Assembly: GCA_037447605.1 (NCBI GenBank)
Contig: CM074823.1
Span: forward strand, 992,001 to 1,056,000
DNA length: 64,000 nucleotides
Origin: Zygnema circumcarinatum SAG 698-1b
Lineage: Eukaryota > Plantae > Zygnematophyceae
Reading direction: 5' to 3'
The position numbers and the translations under genes were made by a program. The notes under the pieces were generated by a model. The model was not told where the DNA came from, did no database searches, and worked only from the letters and a program-made list of their open reading frames with translations. This document shows positions 1 through 22,300 of the stretch, one piece after another (the stretch's first letter is position 1; every line of letters begins with the position of its first letter).

Positions 1-128
1 TCTCCTCCCCCTCCCCCCTCTCCCTCCCTCTCTCTCTCCTCCTCCGTCCTCTCCCTCTCCTACTCTCTCCTCCTCACCTTCCCTTCCCCTCCCCTCTGAC
101 CTAAAACCTCTCCCATTTGGTCCTACAG

Positions 129-2920
129 GCAATCTACCACGCATTCATGGGTGCGTACGGACAGGCCGGCCAATGGGAGGACGCCATTCGGACTCTCCGT
201 GACATGCAACGGAACTGTCCGGTCAGCGCTCTCCTCCGTTTTAGTTTTTCATTTTTTTGGGTTTTTGGGTTTTGCATGGTTTTGAATTTCAAAGAGTTTT
301 GAGAAGAATTTGACTTTCTCTCACGAGAGTTTCTACATGCTCTCTGTATCTCTCTCCTCCACTTTCTCCCTCTTTCATTCTTCTCTCCCTCTCCCTCTTT
401 CTCCCCCCCTATTCATTCCCTCCCTCCCTCTCCTTCCCTCCCTCTCCGTCCTCACTCCCTCTCCTCTTTCTCCTTCCCCTTTTCATTCCCCCCCCTCTCT
501 CTTGTCCTCCCTCTCCCCGTCCCCCTCTCTCAGCCCCTCCTCCCTTCCTCTGTTATTTCCTCTTTCCCTCCCCGTCCTGCCCCTATCCCCTCCCTCTCCC
601 TCTCCCTCTCCCCTTCTTTCCTCTCTCCTCTCTCCTCACTTTCCCTCTTCTCTCTCCGCCCTCTCCCCTCCCCTCTCTCCCCCCTCTCTCTCCCTCCCCC
701 AATGCTTATTAAACCACTATCAAAACATGCAATTTTCCGATTAAAACTTTCCGATATCTTGCTTTCTAACCTCCTCCATTAAAAATTTAGCTAATGTAAC
801 TTCTCCTAAAAAAAAGGAACGTAAACATTACCTTTTCAAACCCTTCTCTCTTAAACACTTTACTGATCAATAAATTCTTCTAATTTAAGCTTAAAAAATG
901 AGTAATCACTCCATCAATTTGCCCGAATTACCCGAATTAGTTTCATAATCTCAAAAATCTAGATCTAAATCTAAATCTAAATATTATTATTACTTGAAAT
1001 TAAATTATATTTAATATATTATATTATATTTTTATATTTTTTTTTTTCAGGACGAGCCCGCAGGCCTAACCTCGTACACGATCGCATTTGATGCGTGCTT
1101 TGGACCAATGGGAGCGGACGGTCTTGTCACGTCGACAGTGGAAACGGGAGGGAAGCTCGACATCACTCCCGGTAAACGACAAAAAAGTGATGTGATTGGA
1201 GGGAGGGGTGGTGGGAGGAGGTGATGTCGCGGATGGTAATGGGGGGGAGAGTGTGTGGGAGGGGGTAGGAGTTAGAGGGGTAGGGGTAAGGGTAGGGGTG
1301 TAGGGTAGGGGGTAGGGGTAGGGTTAGAGGGGTAGGGGTAAGGGTAGGGGTGTAGGGTAGGGGGGTAGGGTTAGAGGGGTAGGGGTAAGGGTAGGGGTGT
1401 AGGGTAGGGAGGTAGGGTTAGAGGGGTAGGGGTAAGGGTAGGGGTGTAGGGTAGGGGGGTAGGGTTAGAGGGGTAGGGGTAGGGGTAGGGGTGGGTAGGG
1501 TAGGGGGGTAGGGTTAGAGGGGTAGGGGTAAGGGTAGGGGTGTAGGGTAGGGGGGTAGGGAGGTAGGGTTAGAGGGGTAGGGGTAAGGGTAGGGGTGTAG
1601 GGTAGGGGGGTAGGGGGTAGGGGTAGGGTTAGAGGGGTAGGGTTAGTAGGGGTAGGGTAGGGGTGTAGGGTAGGGAGGTAGGGTTAGAGGGGTAGGGGTA
1701 AGGGTAGGGGTGTAGGGTAGGGGGTAGGAGTTAGAGGGGTAGGGGTAAGGGTAGGGGTGTAGGGTAGGGGGGTAGGGTTAGAGGGGTAGGGGTAAGGGTA
1801 GGGGTGTAGGGTAGGGGGGTAGGGTTAGAGGGGTAGGGGTAGAGGGTAGGGGTAAGGGTAGGGGTGTAGGGTAGGGGGGTAGGGTTAGAGGGGTAGGGGT
1901 AAGGGTAGGGGTGTAGGGTAGGGGGTAGGGTTAGAGGGGTAGGGGGGTAGGGTTAGAGGGGTAGGGGTAAGGGTAGGGGTGTAGGGTAGGGAGGTAGGGT
2001 TAGAGGGGTAGGGGTAAGGGTAGGGGTGTAGGGTAGGGGGGTAGGGGGGTAGGGTTAGAGGGGTAGGGGTAAGGGTAGGGGTGTAGGGTAGGGGGTAGGG
2101 GTAGGGTTAGAGGGGTAGGGGTAGGGGTAGGGGTAGGGTTAGAGGGGTAGGGGTAGGGGTAGGGTTAGAGGGGTAGGGGTAGGGGGTAGGAGTTAGAGGG
2201 GTAGGGGTAGGGGTAGGGTTAGAGGGGTAGGGGTAGGGGTGTAGGGTAGGGGGGTAGGGTTAGAGGGGTAGGGGTAAGGGTAGGGGTGTAGGGTAGGGGG
2301 GTAGGGTTAGAGGGGTAGGGGTAAGGGTAGGGGTGTAGGGTAGGGGGGTAGGGTTAGAGGGGTAGGGGTAGGGGTGTAGGGTAGGGGGGTGGGGTAGAGG
2401 GTTAGAGGGGTAGGGGTAGGGGTAGGGGTGTTGGGTAGGGGGGTAGGGGTAGGGGTTTAGGGTAGGGGGTTAGGAGTAGGGGGGCTGGGTGGGGGGGTAG
2501 GGGCAGAGGGGTAGGGGTAGGGGGGTAGGGACTGGGGTCTAGGATTTGGATTTAAATATTTTGAAATTTGGGGTTTTCGAGTTTTAAACTTTGATCATCG
2601 GAGGTTTTCCAAGTCTGTAAGTTCTAGAATTCCATTTTGTAACCTTCTCAGTCTACGGGGATTGTAGAATCATTCGAGTTTAAAAAAAAAGAACAAAAAA
2701 AGAGAATGAAAAATGGCTGACAAGGTAGGGATGGGTCCTAAAGGGAGGGATACAGGGCATCGGCGAAGTGAAGAAGGGGCGGCTCCCGAAACTGTTCACA
2801 TGTGCGGACCGAACGTTCCAATCCGTTGGACTGAAGGCCAAAAGTTTACGGACGTTGACCATGCAAGCGTTGACCGTAGAACGGGAGCATCTCAATGCAT
2901 GGCTCGCAGGCCGGCACTGA
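129..2920 (+). CDS. 3' part of a pentatricopeptide-repeat (PPR) protein gene, possibly PPR-SMR; 5' exons lie before the window
   Basis: Exon 129-221 (tcctacag|...|gtcagc) encodes AIYHAFMGAYGQAGQWEDAIRTLRDMQRNCP, a canonical PPR motif. Exon 1051-1171 (ttttcag|...|gtaaac) encodes DEPAGLTSYTIAFDACFG..., PPR-like. An open frame at 2729-2920 (GWVLKGGIQGIG...LTVEREHLNAWLAGRH*) resembles the C-terminal half of an SMR domain, but its phase join to exon 1051-1171 is unresolved. Confidence 0.65.
1262..2530 (+). repeat. G-rich intronic satellite, ~47-bp higher-order unit (GGGTTAGAGGGGTAGGGGTAAGGGTAGGGGTGTAGGGTAGGGGGGTA)
   Basis: Read directly: tandem degenerate copies built from GGGTA/GGGGTA modules, inside the PPR gene intron. 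Confidence 0.9.
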
Positions 2921-3955
2921 TTTAACAGGGGGGGGGGTTTTGAGGATTTTTTATATTTTTTTCTAAATGTAGAAAAAATGTGTGTTGTGTTTCTTGATCG
3001 ATCCTGTGGAGCAACGATGCATTTCGTTTTTTTTTTTTTTTTAGCTTTATCATTTTTAAAGGGGAGAGATGAGTGTCCAAAATCTCTCTGAAATTTTTGT
3101 TATGTCAACCGAATGCAAAGCGGGTAGTGTTATTCGGAAGAGAGATTTGGATAGGTCTAAGGTTTAGCATCTAGGGGTCTAGGGTCCTATGGGTCTACAA
3201 CTAGGTCTAGGTCCAGGGTTTAGGGTTTTGAGGTTTGACCAGTCGGCGTGCTTTAAATGAGGGTTTGAAAATCCCTTGCGGCTATGGGAAATGCAAAGCT
3301 ATAGGAGCTTTTGTGTATGTAGACAATTTGTCTTTTTTAACAGAAATGTTGCTCATCGAGTGCTGCATGTTGAATAAAAACTCTGAACCTTAACTCTCAA
3401 ACCTTAAATCTACAACTTAAATGTAGCCATACACATTGAACCCTAAACGCTCTGCTCTGGTGCACATAATTTTTAGGATCACGATCAGCATGTTTGACAT
3501 TGCCGCTGTTGACATCTTCTACAGTAAATGATCAACGTTACTTCCCTCTGCCCCTCCCTCATCTGTACATGCACATCTTCGCCTCTCACCCTCTCTCTGT
3601 CTCTCTCTCCCACTCCCCCACTCTCTCTTTCCTCTCTTCCTTTGCTCCCTTCTCTCCCTGCTCTTATCTCTTTCTAATTCTTTCACTCTTCCCTCCCCCT
3701 CCCACTCCTCATCTGTAACATTTCTTCCTTCACCATCATCATCGACATCATCACTGTCTTGCCCTCCCACACCTCATCAAGCATCACGAGACCATAAGCC
3801 TTCATTCTATTCATACCGTTCGAACCTTTATACAATGAAAGAGATATACATGACAAAGCTGCTGGCGTAGCTTAGTACAAAAACCTAACAAAAAAGAAAA
3901 AAAAAGGAACAAAATGACGGAAACAGATCATCTTTCTAATGGTTTTCTGTCCCCT

Positions 3956-8295
<4,340 letters not shown>

Positions 8296-8314
8296 GATGC
8301 GAGAGCGCCTTCAG

Positions 8315-9100
8315 AGTGCCACGTGGCCGGAGGGGGAAAGAGGGGGGAGGTGACGTGGCAGTAGGGAGGGATGCCACGTGTCGAGGAGGAGAGGGGGAGG
8401 TGGAGTGGCGGGAGAGAGAGAGGCCACGTGGAGGGGGGAGAAGGGGTGACGTGGCAGGAGGGAGGGAGGCCACGTGGCGGAAGCAGGTGCTTCGGTAAGT
8501 GTGGACGGATGGATGGAAAATTAGGGTCTTTCTCCAACTGTCGGTTTCTACGGAGGTTCTGTCTACGTGGCAAATCCAACGGTCATACATTCACGATCTC
8601 GTCCACGTCCACATCCGACCGTCGATTTCTTGGGACTAGCCACGTGGCACAACCAACGGTTCGAGATTCACAACTGTGTCCACGTGATCAATCGAGCGGT
8701 CAAAAGCAGATAGCCAGAGATTCGCACTTGCAGTGACGAGGGGGCAGCGGACAAAGGGGGCCGTTTCGCACGATTGTAACACGTGGTCGATCGGACGCTC
8801 AGTAGTGAACGCATTTGCGAGCTTGGCAGATCGAACGGTCGACAACCTCAGGATCTCGCACAAGTGAATCCAATGGACTGTCCTCGTGGTATATCCAACG
8901 GTCGAAAGCCCAGGATCTCGCACGAGCGCATTTTAAGGGACTGTCCACGTGGCCGATCGAACGGTGAAAGGAGAAACGTCCAAATTCGTGCACGTGTATT
9001 ATACGAGAGGGATAATGACCGTTGGAAATGCCACGTGTTCACATTTGCACCGTTGGATGTGTCACGTGTACATGCATCGTCGCGTTGGATATTGACTGAA
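8315..9100. promoter_or_regulatory. Bidirectional promoter between YIP1 and CDKAL1 with G-box (CACGTG), TGACGTGG and AACGG (MSA-like) arrays
   Basis: The ATGs diverge at 8295(-) and 9280(+). The interval has more than ten ACGTG cores and nine ACGTGGCANNTCCAACGG-like composites (8565, 8642, 8682, 8781, 8821, 8884, 8947 on +; 9019-9036 and 9050-9067 on -). Confidence 0.7.
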
Positions 9101-9279
9101 CTATTCCAATCCAACAGCTGAACGTTTCGCATTACGGCTCGTATGCACAGCACTAAAACTGGAACTGCAACTGGAATTGAAACTTAAGTGGGACTACATG
9201 TAGATTGGTGCACGACCCAAGAAAGGGGTCGGTCCGTTTCTGCCCCAACCCTTGCCAGAGCGACACGCGGCGCCTCGCC

Positions 9280-16081
<6,802 letters not shown>

Positions 16082-16276
16082 TTCAACTTATTTGGAAGAA
16101 TTTATCTTCGCTCTTTATTCTGTTTTTGAAGCCCTCTTTGATTGGAAGTTGTCTCACATCGTCTTGTTTTCAACTACTTGGAAAAAAAACAAAAAAATGT
16201 CTATGGTTTAAATGCAAGTTGTGAAGTAGATATTTAGATTCAAGTTTCAAATTGTCAGTTAGACAATGTTATCAGT

Positions 16277-17370
16277 TCAGTAACAGTTCAGCTGGGAAAA
16301 GAGAGAACTTGGATCGTTTGCGAGCTTTTGCGGGGTATCGAATTCAGCCACAACACCTACAAATGACAAAAAAAAAAAGAAAAAAACATGAGCTAAATGA
16401 TAAATGGGGGAGGGGAGAGGAGGGACAAAAATAGGCAAAAAATGTGAATATGAAATATTCTGTTTCTCTCCCACTCTCTCTCTCTCTCTGTCTGCCCTTC
16501 TCTGCCCCCTTTCCCGCACCCTCTCCCTCGCTCTTTGCCCCTGCCTTCTCCCTGTCTCACTCTCTCTCCCCTCTCCTTCGGCCCCATTGCCACAGCCTCT
16601 CTCTCCGTTCCCCCACTCTCTCTGCCCCATCTCTCCCTCTCTCCCACTTTCTCCTTCTCTGACCCTTCACGCAGCCGCACTCTCTCTCGCCCCCTCTCTC
16701 TCTCTCTCTCCCTGCCTCTCTCCCTTTCTCCCTCTCTCCTTCTCTGCCCACCAGCAGCCCTCATCCCTCTCCCCCTCTCTCTCCCCCTTTCCACTCTCTC
16801 TCCCTCCCACTCTCTCCTTCTCTGCCCCCTTTCCTGCCGCCTCTCCCTCTCACTCGCACCTTCTCTCCCCCCCTTATCCTTCTCAACCTTTAAAAATTTT
16901 AGCTTCCTTTTTAGTTGGTAAAGTAACGGTTCAAAGGGCTCTCAACGCACTCTCCATTGACACTTCCGTAACGACAAACGGAAAACGGAACTGCTCACCG
17001 TCTGCTAAAACAATCACATGATCGCATTCCGTTACGTACGACAGCCGGTGGGCCACATGGAGCACGGTTGACCCGCGGAGCGCAACACGGAACCCGCGCA
17101 GGATCTCCGTTTCAGTTCGCGAATCAACGGCCCCCATTGGCTCATCCAAAGCGAGAACCTTTGGACGCCTCAAAATCGCTCGAGTCAAACAAAGGAGCTG
17201 TTGTCGGCTTGTGGTCCAAATACCCTTCCCGGGTTCAACTGCTACCCCCACCACCCAAATAAACAATGAAGAGAGAGAGAGGGAGAGGGAGAGAGAGGGG
17301 AAGGGGAGGGAGAGGAGAGAGAGGGAGGGGAGCGAGAGAGAGAGAGCGCGAGAGAGAGAGCCAGAGAGCA

Positions 17371-17414
<44 letters not shown>

Positions 17415-18538
17415 CGGGGAGGGGAGGGAGGGAGGGAGGGGAGGGAGGGAGGGAGGGGAGAGGGGGAACAGAGAGAGATCAAACCTCTCCTTAATTCCTA
17501 CAGAGAAATAGCAAATGAAAGTTGAATAAAGAACAAATGTCCAATTGCAGGATATAGAGTTTTTGTCTCACCTGGAGAGTCGAGTTTGGCAGCATCCTCT
17601 TCGATGACTCTTGCCAGGTGGCACAATTTTAACGCCTGTTGTCATGGTATTTCCATGTCAGTTTCACCCAAAATTCTCCAAAATCCGAGAANNNNNNNNN
17701 NNNNNNNNNNNNNNNNNNNNNNNNNNNNNNNNNNNNNNNNNNNNNNNNNNNNNNNNNNNNNNNNNNNNNNNNNNNNNNNNNNNNNNNNNNNAGGATTCCA
17801 GATTCTAAAATTGAAGTTTTGCCGTGTAACGGATTCCGTTAATTTCGCAACAAAGAGCGCCGCCAACAGCATGTAACCTTCCCCTTGATATGAAATTTCT
17901 CCGGCCGAGAAAGAAATTATTTTTCGTAGCAGTAAGGGGCTCGCATAGATGAGAGCGGAGTTGCAGCAGAGGAGGAGCCCAGTCCCTGACAAGAAAAAAA
18001 AGATAAATATATAAGAATCTCAAGTAAAGAGATTTGACGTGAACAATGGGGTGGAGAAAGGGAAGGAGAGGGAGGGGAGGGAGGGAGGGAGGAAATTCTC
18101 ACACAGTAAAGGCCGCCAAAACGATTTCCCAAGAGCCCGCAAGAGCGCAGTGCTTCCTATGACATTGTGGCCCAGCGCATCTTCCAAATGTCGCTGAAAT
18201 TTGAGAAATTGGGGTTCCGTAGATTGCGAGGGGTGCAATGGGGGTATAGCGGCGGGGGAGAGAGGCCCGTTTGCGGCTTTCTTGATGAGGGCGGAGACCC
18301 AAGAGAAAGAAATTTGGCTAAGAATTGAAGTGAAATTTAAATTGAAATTTAAATTTGGGCTTGGAAAATAGGCTAAGAGAGAAGGAGAAAAACTTCTGGA
18401 AGCGGAGGAGGAGGGGGAGGTGGCTCCTGTGGGAGGAGAAGTTGGGTCGTCTCTCTCTTCCGAGAGAGAGACAGTGGGAGAGGGATGAAGGAGGGGCTGG
18501 TGAGAGGGTGGGAGAGACTGAGAGGGGATTGGAGACAT
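16277..18538 (-). CDS. ABCC (MRP-like) ABC transporter; N-terminal and C-terminal exons flank a scaffold gap at 17692-17791 that must hide most of the gene
   Basis: N-terminal exons 18103..18538 (SILSQISFSWVSALIK, lasso motif) and 17792..17985 (start of TMD1). NBD2 exons 17572..17635 (ALKLCHL...LDSP), 16999..17238 (QLLCLTRAILRRPKVLALDE...VAHRL...DHVIVLADG) and 16277..16356 (VVAEFDTPQKL...*). Phases are consistent within each block. Confidence 0.85.
17692..17791. other. 100-N scaffold gap
   Basis: Run of N between the first TMD1 exon and the NBD2 exons of the ABCC gene. Confidence 0.95.
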
Positions 18539-18569
18539 TTTGTGGCTGTGGGGGGGAGGGAGAGAGAGC

Positions 18570-19390
18570 CTGAAGGACAGGGAGGAGAGCGAGGGAGTGC
18601 GAGAGGGGGAGAGAGGGAGGAGAGAGAGGAACAGCTGTAGGAGAGCGGGAGAGGGAGGGAGAGGGAGAGAGAGGGAGAGAGGGAAGAGAGAGCGGGACAG
18701 CTGTAGGAGAGCGGAAGAGGGAGGGGGGAAGAGAGGAAGGAGAGAGAGGAGAGAGAGGGAAAGGGGGAGAGAGAGAGGAGAGAGAGGGACAGCTGTAGGA
18801 GAGTGGGAGAGGGAGGGAGGTGGAGGGAGAGTGAGAGAGAGGAAGAGAGGGAGGAGCGAGGGATAGCTGTAGGAGAGTGGGAGAGGAAGGGAGGGAGGAC
18901 GAGAGGGAGAGAGGGAGGAGAGAGAGGGAGAGGGGGAGAGAGGGAGAGGGAGGAGAGAAAGGGACAGCTGTAGGAGAGTTGGAGAGGGAGGGAGGGAAGG
19001 AGGGAGAGAGGGAGGAAGAGGAGAGTGGGAGAGAGGGAAGAGAGAGCGGGACAGCTGTAGGAGAGCGGAAGAGGGAGGGAGGAAGAGAGGAAGGAGAGAG
19101 AGGAGAGAGAGGGAAAGGGGGAGAGAGGGAGGAGAGAGAGGGACAGCTGTAGGAGAGTGGGAGAGGGAGGGAGGGAGAGTGATAGAGAGGAAGAGAGGGA
19201 GGAGCGAGGGATAGCTGTAGGAGAGTGGGAGAGGAAGGGAGGGAGGACGAGAGGGAGAGAGGGAGGAGAGAGGGAGAGGGGGAGAGAGGGAGAGGGAGGA
19301 GAGAGAGGGACAGCTGTAGGAGAGTTGGAGAGTGAGGGAGGGAAGGCGGGAGAGAGGAAGTGGAGAGAGTGGGAGAAATGGATAGCTGGA
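18570..19390. repeat. GA-rich degenerate minisatellite with a recurring (C/T)AGCTGTAGGAGAG core, just upstream of the ABCC ATG
   Basis: About 9-10 cores spaced roughly 65-100 bp apart. Confidence 0.8.
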
Positions 19391-19392
19391 GT

Positions 19393-22300
19393 TATAGATC
19401 CGTATTATACACTTTGAGGTTTAATACAATGTATAATACAGTATTAATACAGTATTTTACATTGTATAAAACCCGAACGCAACTGTTAACATCCGTACAA
19501 CCAGACATAGAGTCGTACAGAATTTCTGTACGAAAATCGTGTACGGAACTATACGGTTATTGATGGGTCACACGTGTGGCCTGTCACAGTGTTGAGTTGT
19601 TGGTTGGCCAATAATCAATCTCTGTTCAATTAGCGAGAAATCAAAAGAAAATACGTTAAATACATATATAAAATACATCAGATTTTTAAATGGTGTATAA
19701 TACGCGATGTATTATACAAACATGGCACCTGGAAATTATTGAATCCTTGGCGTACGGCGAGTGCCATCAAATGTACAATAATGGACAAAGGCAAAATGTG
19801 GAACTGACGTATGACCGGCCGCTAAAAGACCAAAACCACAATAACACTAAGCTGTGAGCCGAAAACTACGCCGCCAGTGGGCACAACAACTGTTCTGTGG
19901 GCGTACCGCCGGCGGTCACCGGACATGGTGCACGTCAGCGAGGAGGGAATGGGCGAAGTTCACCAACACGCATCACTAACAACTCAGCAAAGACGAAGAA
20001 GCTGAAGCGGCAACGTACCGGGGCGGCTTATCGGAAATACCGCCGATAAAAGGTACCGCGATCGCCGGAGCAGGCTTCCGGGTCGCATCCTAAGGAGCTT
20101 ACGGGCGACCATGGAGAAGGTATCCAAACGGGCGCCGAAAGCCCAAAAATCTCAATAGCCATAGAACAAACTCGCCGTCGCATCACGGGCCGGAAGATAT
20201 GCACGCTTCCTGCGGTGGTCATGATCAAGCGAGCGTGCCCACGCCTTCATGACGGGTCGCGACGAGATAATAAATCACGCACGGGTTGATCGGCCAACAC
20301 AATATCCCCAAAATGCTACCGCACCATCTTATAAGAGCCAAATCGGCGAACTCCACGCCGCGCTGCCTAATACCGCCGCCGCATACTAAGTTGCCTGCCT
20401 CTGCTGCATTAAGGTAGTTAGCTTCGAAATAATCACCGCAGAATCGATCGCGCATTAAATACATGAAAGCCAAACGCTGCTCGGCCCCATGCGCGATCGG
20501 TTAGCATTTAACGCCATGATCAATCAATCACCACAAACACAACGAGGAGAACCGCGAATGGCGGACGGGGGAGCCCGGAGATCTGTCGCTACCGTTGTGT
20601 CAAAATCGTGGCCTTCGGGTCAAACGGCGGTGGAAAAATATCGCAATAAATTTCAACCAAGCCCCGCAAAATTCAGACCCGCGACAAGAACGTCGGCACT
20701 TAACATCGTTGAAGAGCTCGCCGTAATGGCGCGGGAAACTCCGCGAAGAACAACCTCATCGGCCAAAGTGAACCGACACGCCGAACAGACTCCTCACCGC
20801 CAGTTTAAACAAACGTGGGGCATTACCCAGCCCCAGCACTAGTGTGTTAGCAAACCCGGCATCAATGCTGAATTCAACCCGAAACTGAAGATCACCACTT
20901 CATCAACATTTAAAATAATAAACAGACTCAAGCAACGGACGATCACCACAATAAAACGCTGGCCAAAAATAAAAGAGCAAATCAAGATTCAACTACCCAA
21001 AATCCAAAGAGGGCTTCACACCTAACCCGTCGGGATGAGTCCTAAAACCGCCCCGCTGAAATATGTGGATGGTGTTTCATGGGTGACGCGCAAAGCCGAC
21101 CGTCGCATCGAAAATACTAGGACCCAAAAGGCGATGACATACGTAAAACAAACGCCATCGAAAGATCGCGAATGACTCAAGGAAAGCGTGGTTAGAGGGA
21201 GAGTTCGCAGTGTTGCATGACGGACGCAGCCAGCACCAACCCAGCAGCAAAGAAAGTTCACCGAGGATCCGGAAGACGCTGGAAGTTCTCATCGACCGAG
21301 ATTTATCCTCAACCAAAGCATCATCAACAAACTATCAACATAAGATGCAACGCCAAAAGCAAGCAGCCTAAAACACCTATCACTAATCTACTTCCAAGCA
21401 CGCGCACGGATACCCGGCCGCGGTCGGTGCGGCGGCGGATGTAACAACCGGAGACCAAGCAAAACACTTCGACAAATTCTATCAACAAACGCATAGCCGC
21501 TAATCGAAAGTAGTGGGGACGAACGCTGCGAATTTACCTGGCCGCAGGGCCAATGATGTGGAGTATCGCTCTGGCCACCGATGGAAAAAAAAGGCGTACT
21601 TTGGAAAAGCCCTGCGGCCGAAGCTCGGTTTATCTAATGTGCGCCAAAGCTAACAAAGGACCGGCCTCTTAAAGGGTCGCTTTTGAGCGGTCCCGTCGCC
21701 AGATCTGCCCACTCCACCGACGCGACGCTAAGAGGAAAAGGAGAGCGGCTCCTAACGAGAATAAAATGTGCGCTAATAAAAGGAAAAGTGGACTAATCGG
21801 TGTCGGGGCCTCTCAACTCAAGCGTAAAAATCTCATGACATCTCACCGATAAAAGTATTAGGTCACGATTTCAATCAAGAAAACAACCTTACCGTGGTGA
21901 AGATCCAACGCCGCATCGGTCGCCATGAACTACGGGTTCGGTGCAGCTCTGTGGGTCGCCACACCAACCGAGCATGGGGAAAAATGGTCTGAAGGCCCCT
22001 TTTGTAATCAAAAACACATAAATACGAGCAACTATGGGCGATACAAAACCGCCCCAGGCTATTGGGCTTAACCCCCGCAGTTTGGTGCGGCGTAACCAAA
22101 CCAGCGCATCGTAAGGATATGACTCACTGGACGAGGGCACACCCACCCCGCGACATTACACAAGCAAAGTCAAAAAGCAAACCAAAACCCACCATCCCCG
22201 TGTCCGGGATGAAACACACCACGCAAGCAACCTATAAACTATGCCCGGCTAGCCCCGCAGACAAATGAGGGGAGCGAAGCTCGAATGAAAGCGGCACGAT

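Noticed and set aside
17645-17690. Apparent in-frame TGA (TDMEIP*QQAL) in ABCC NBD2
   Set aside because: It lies in an intron; the acceptor ACAACAG| starts the exon at 17635.
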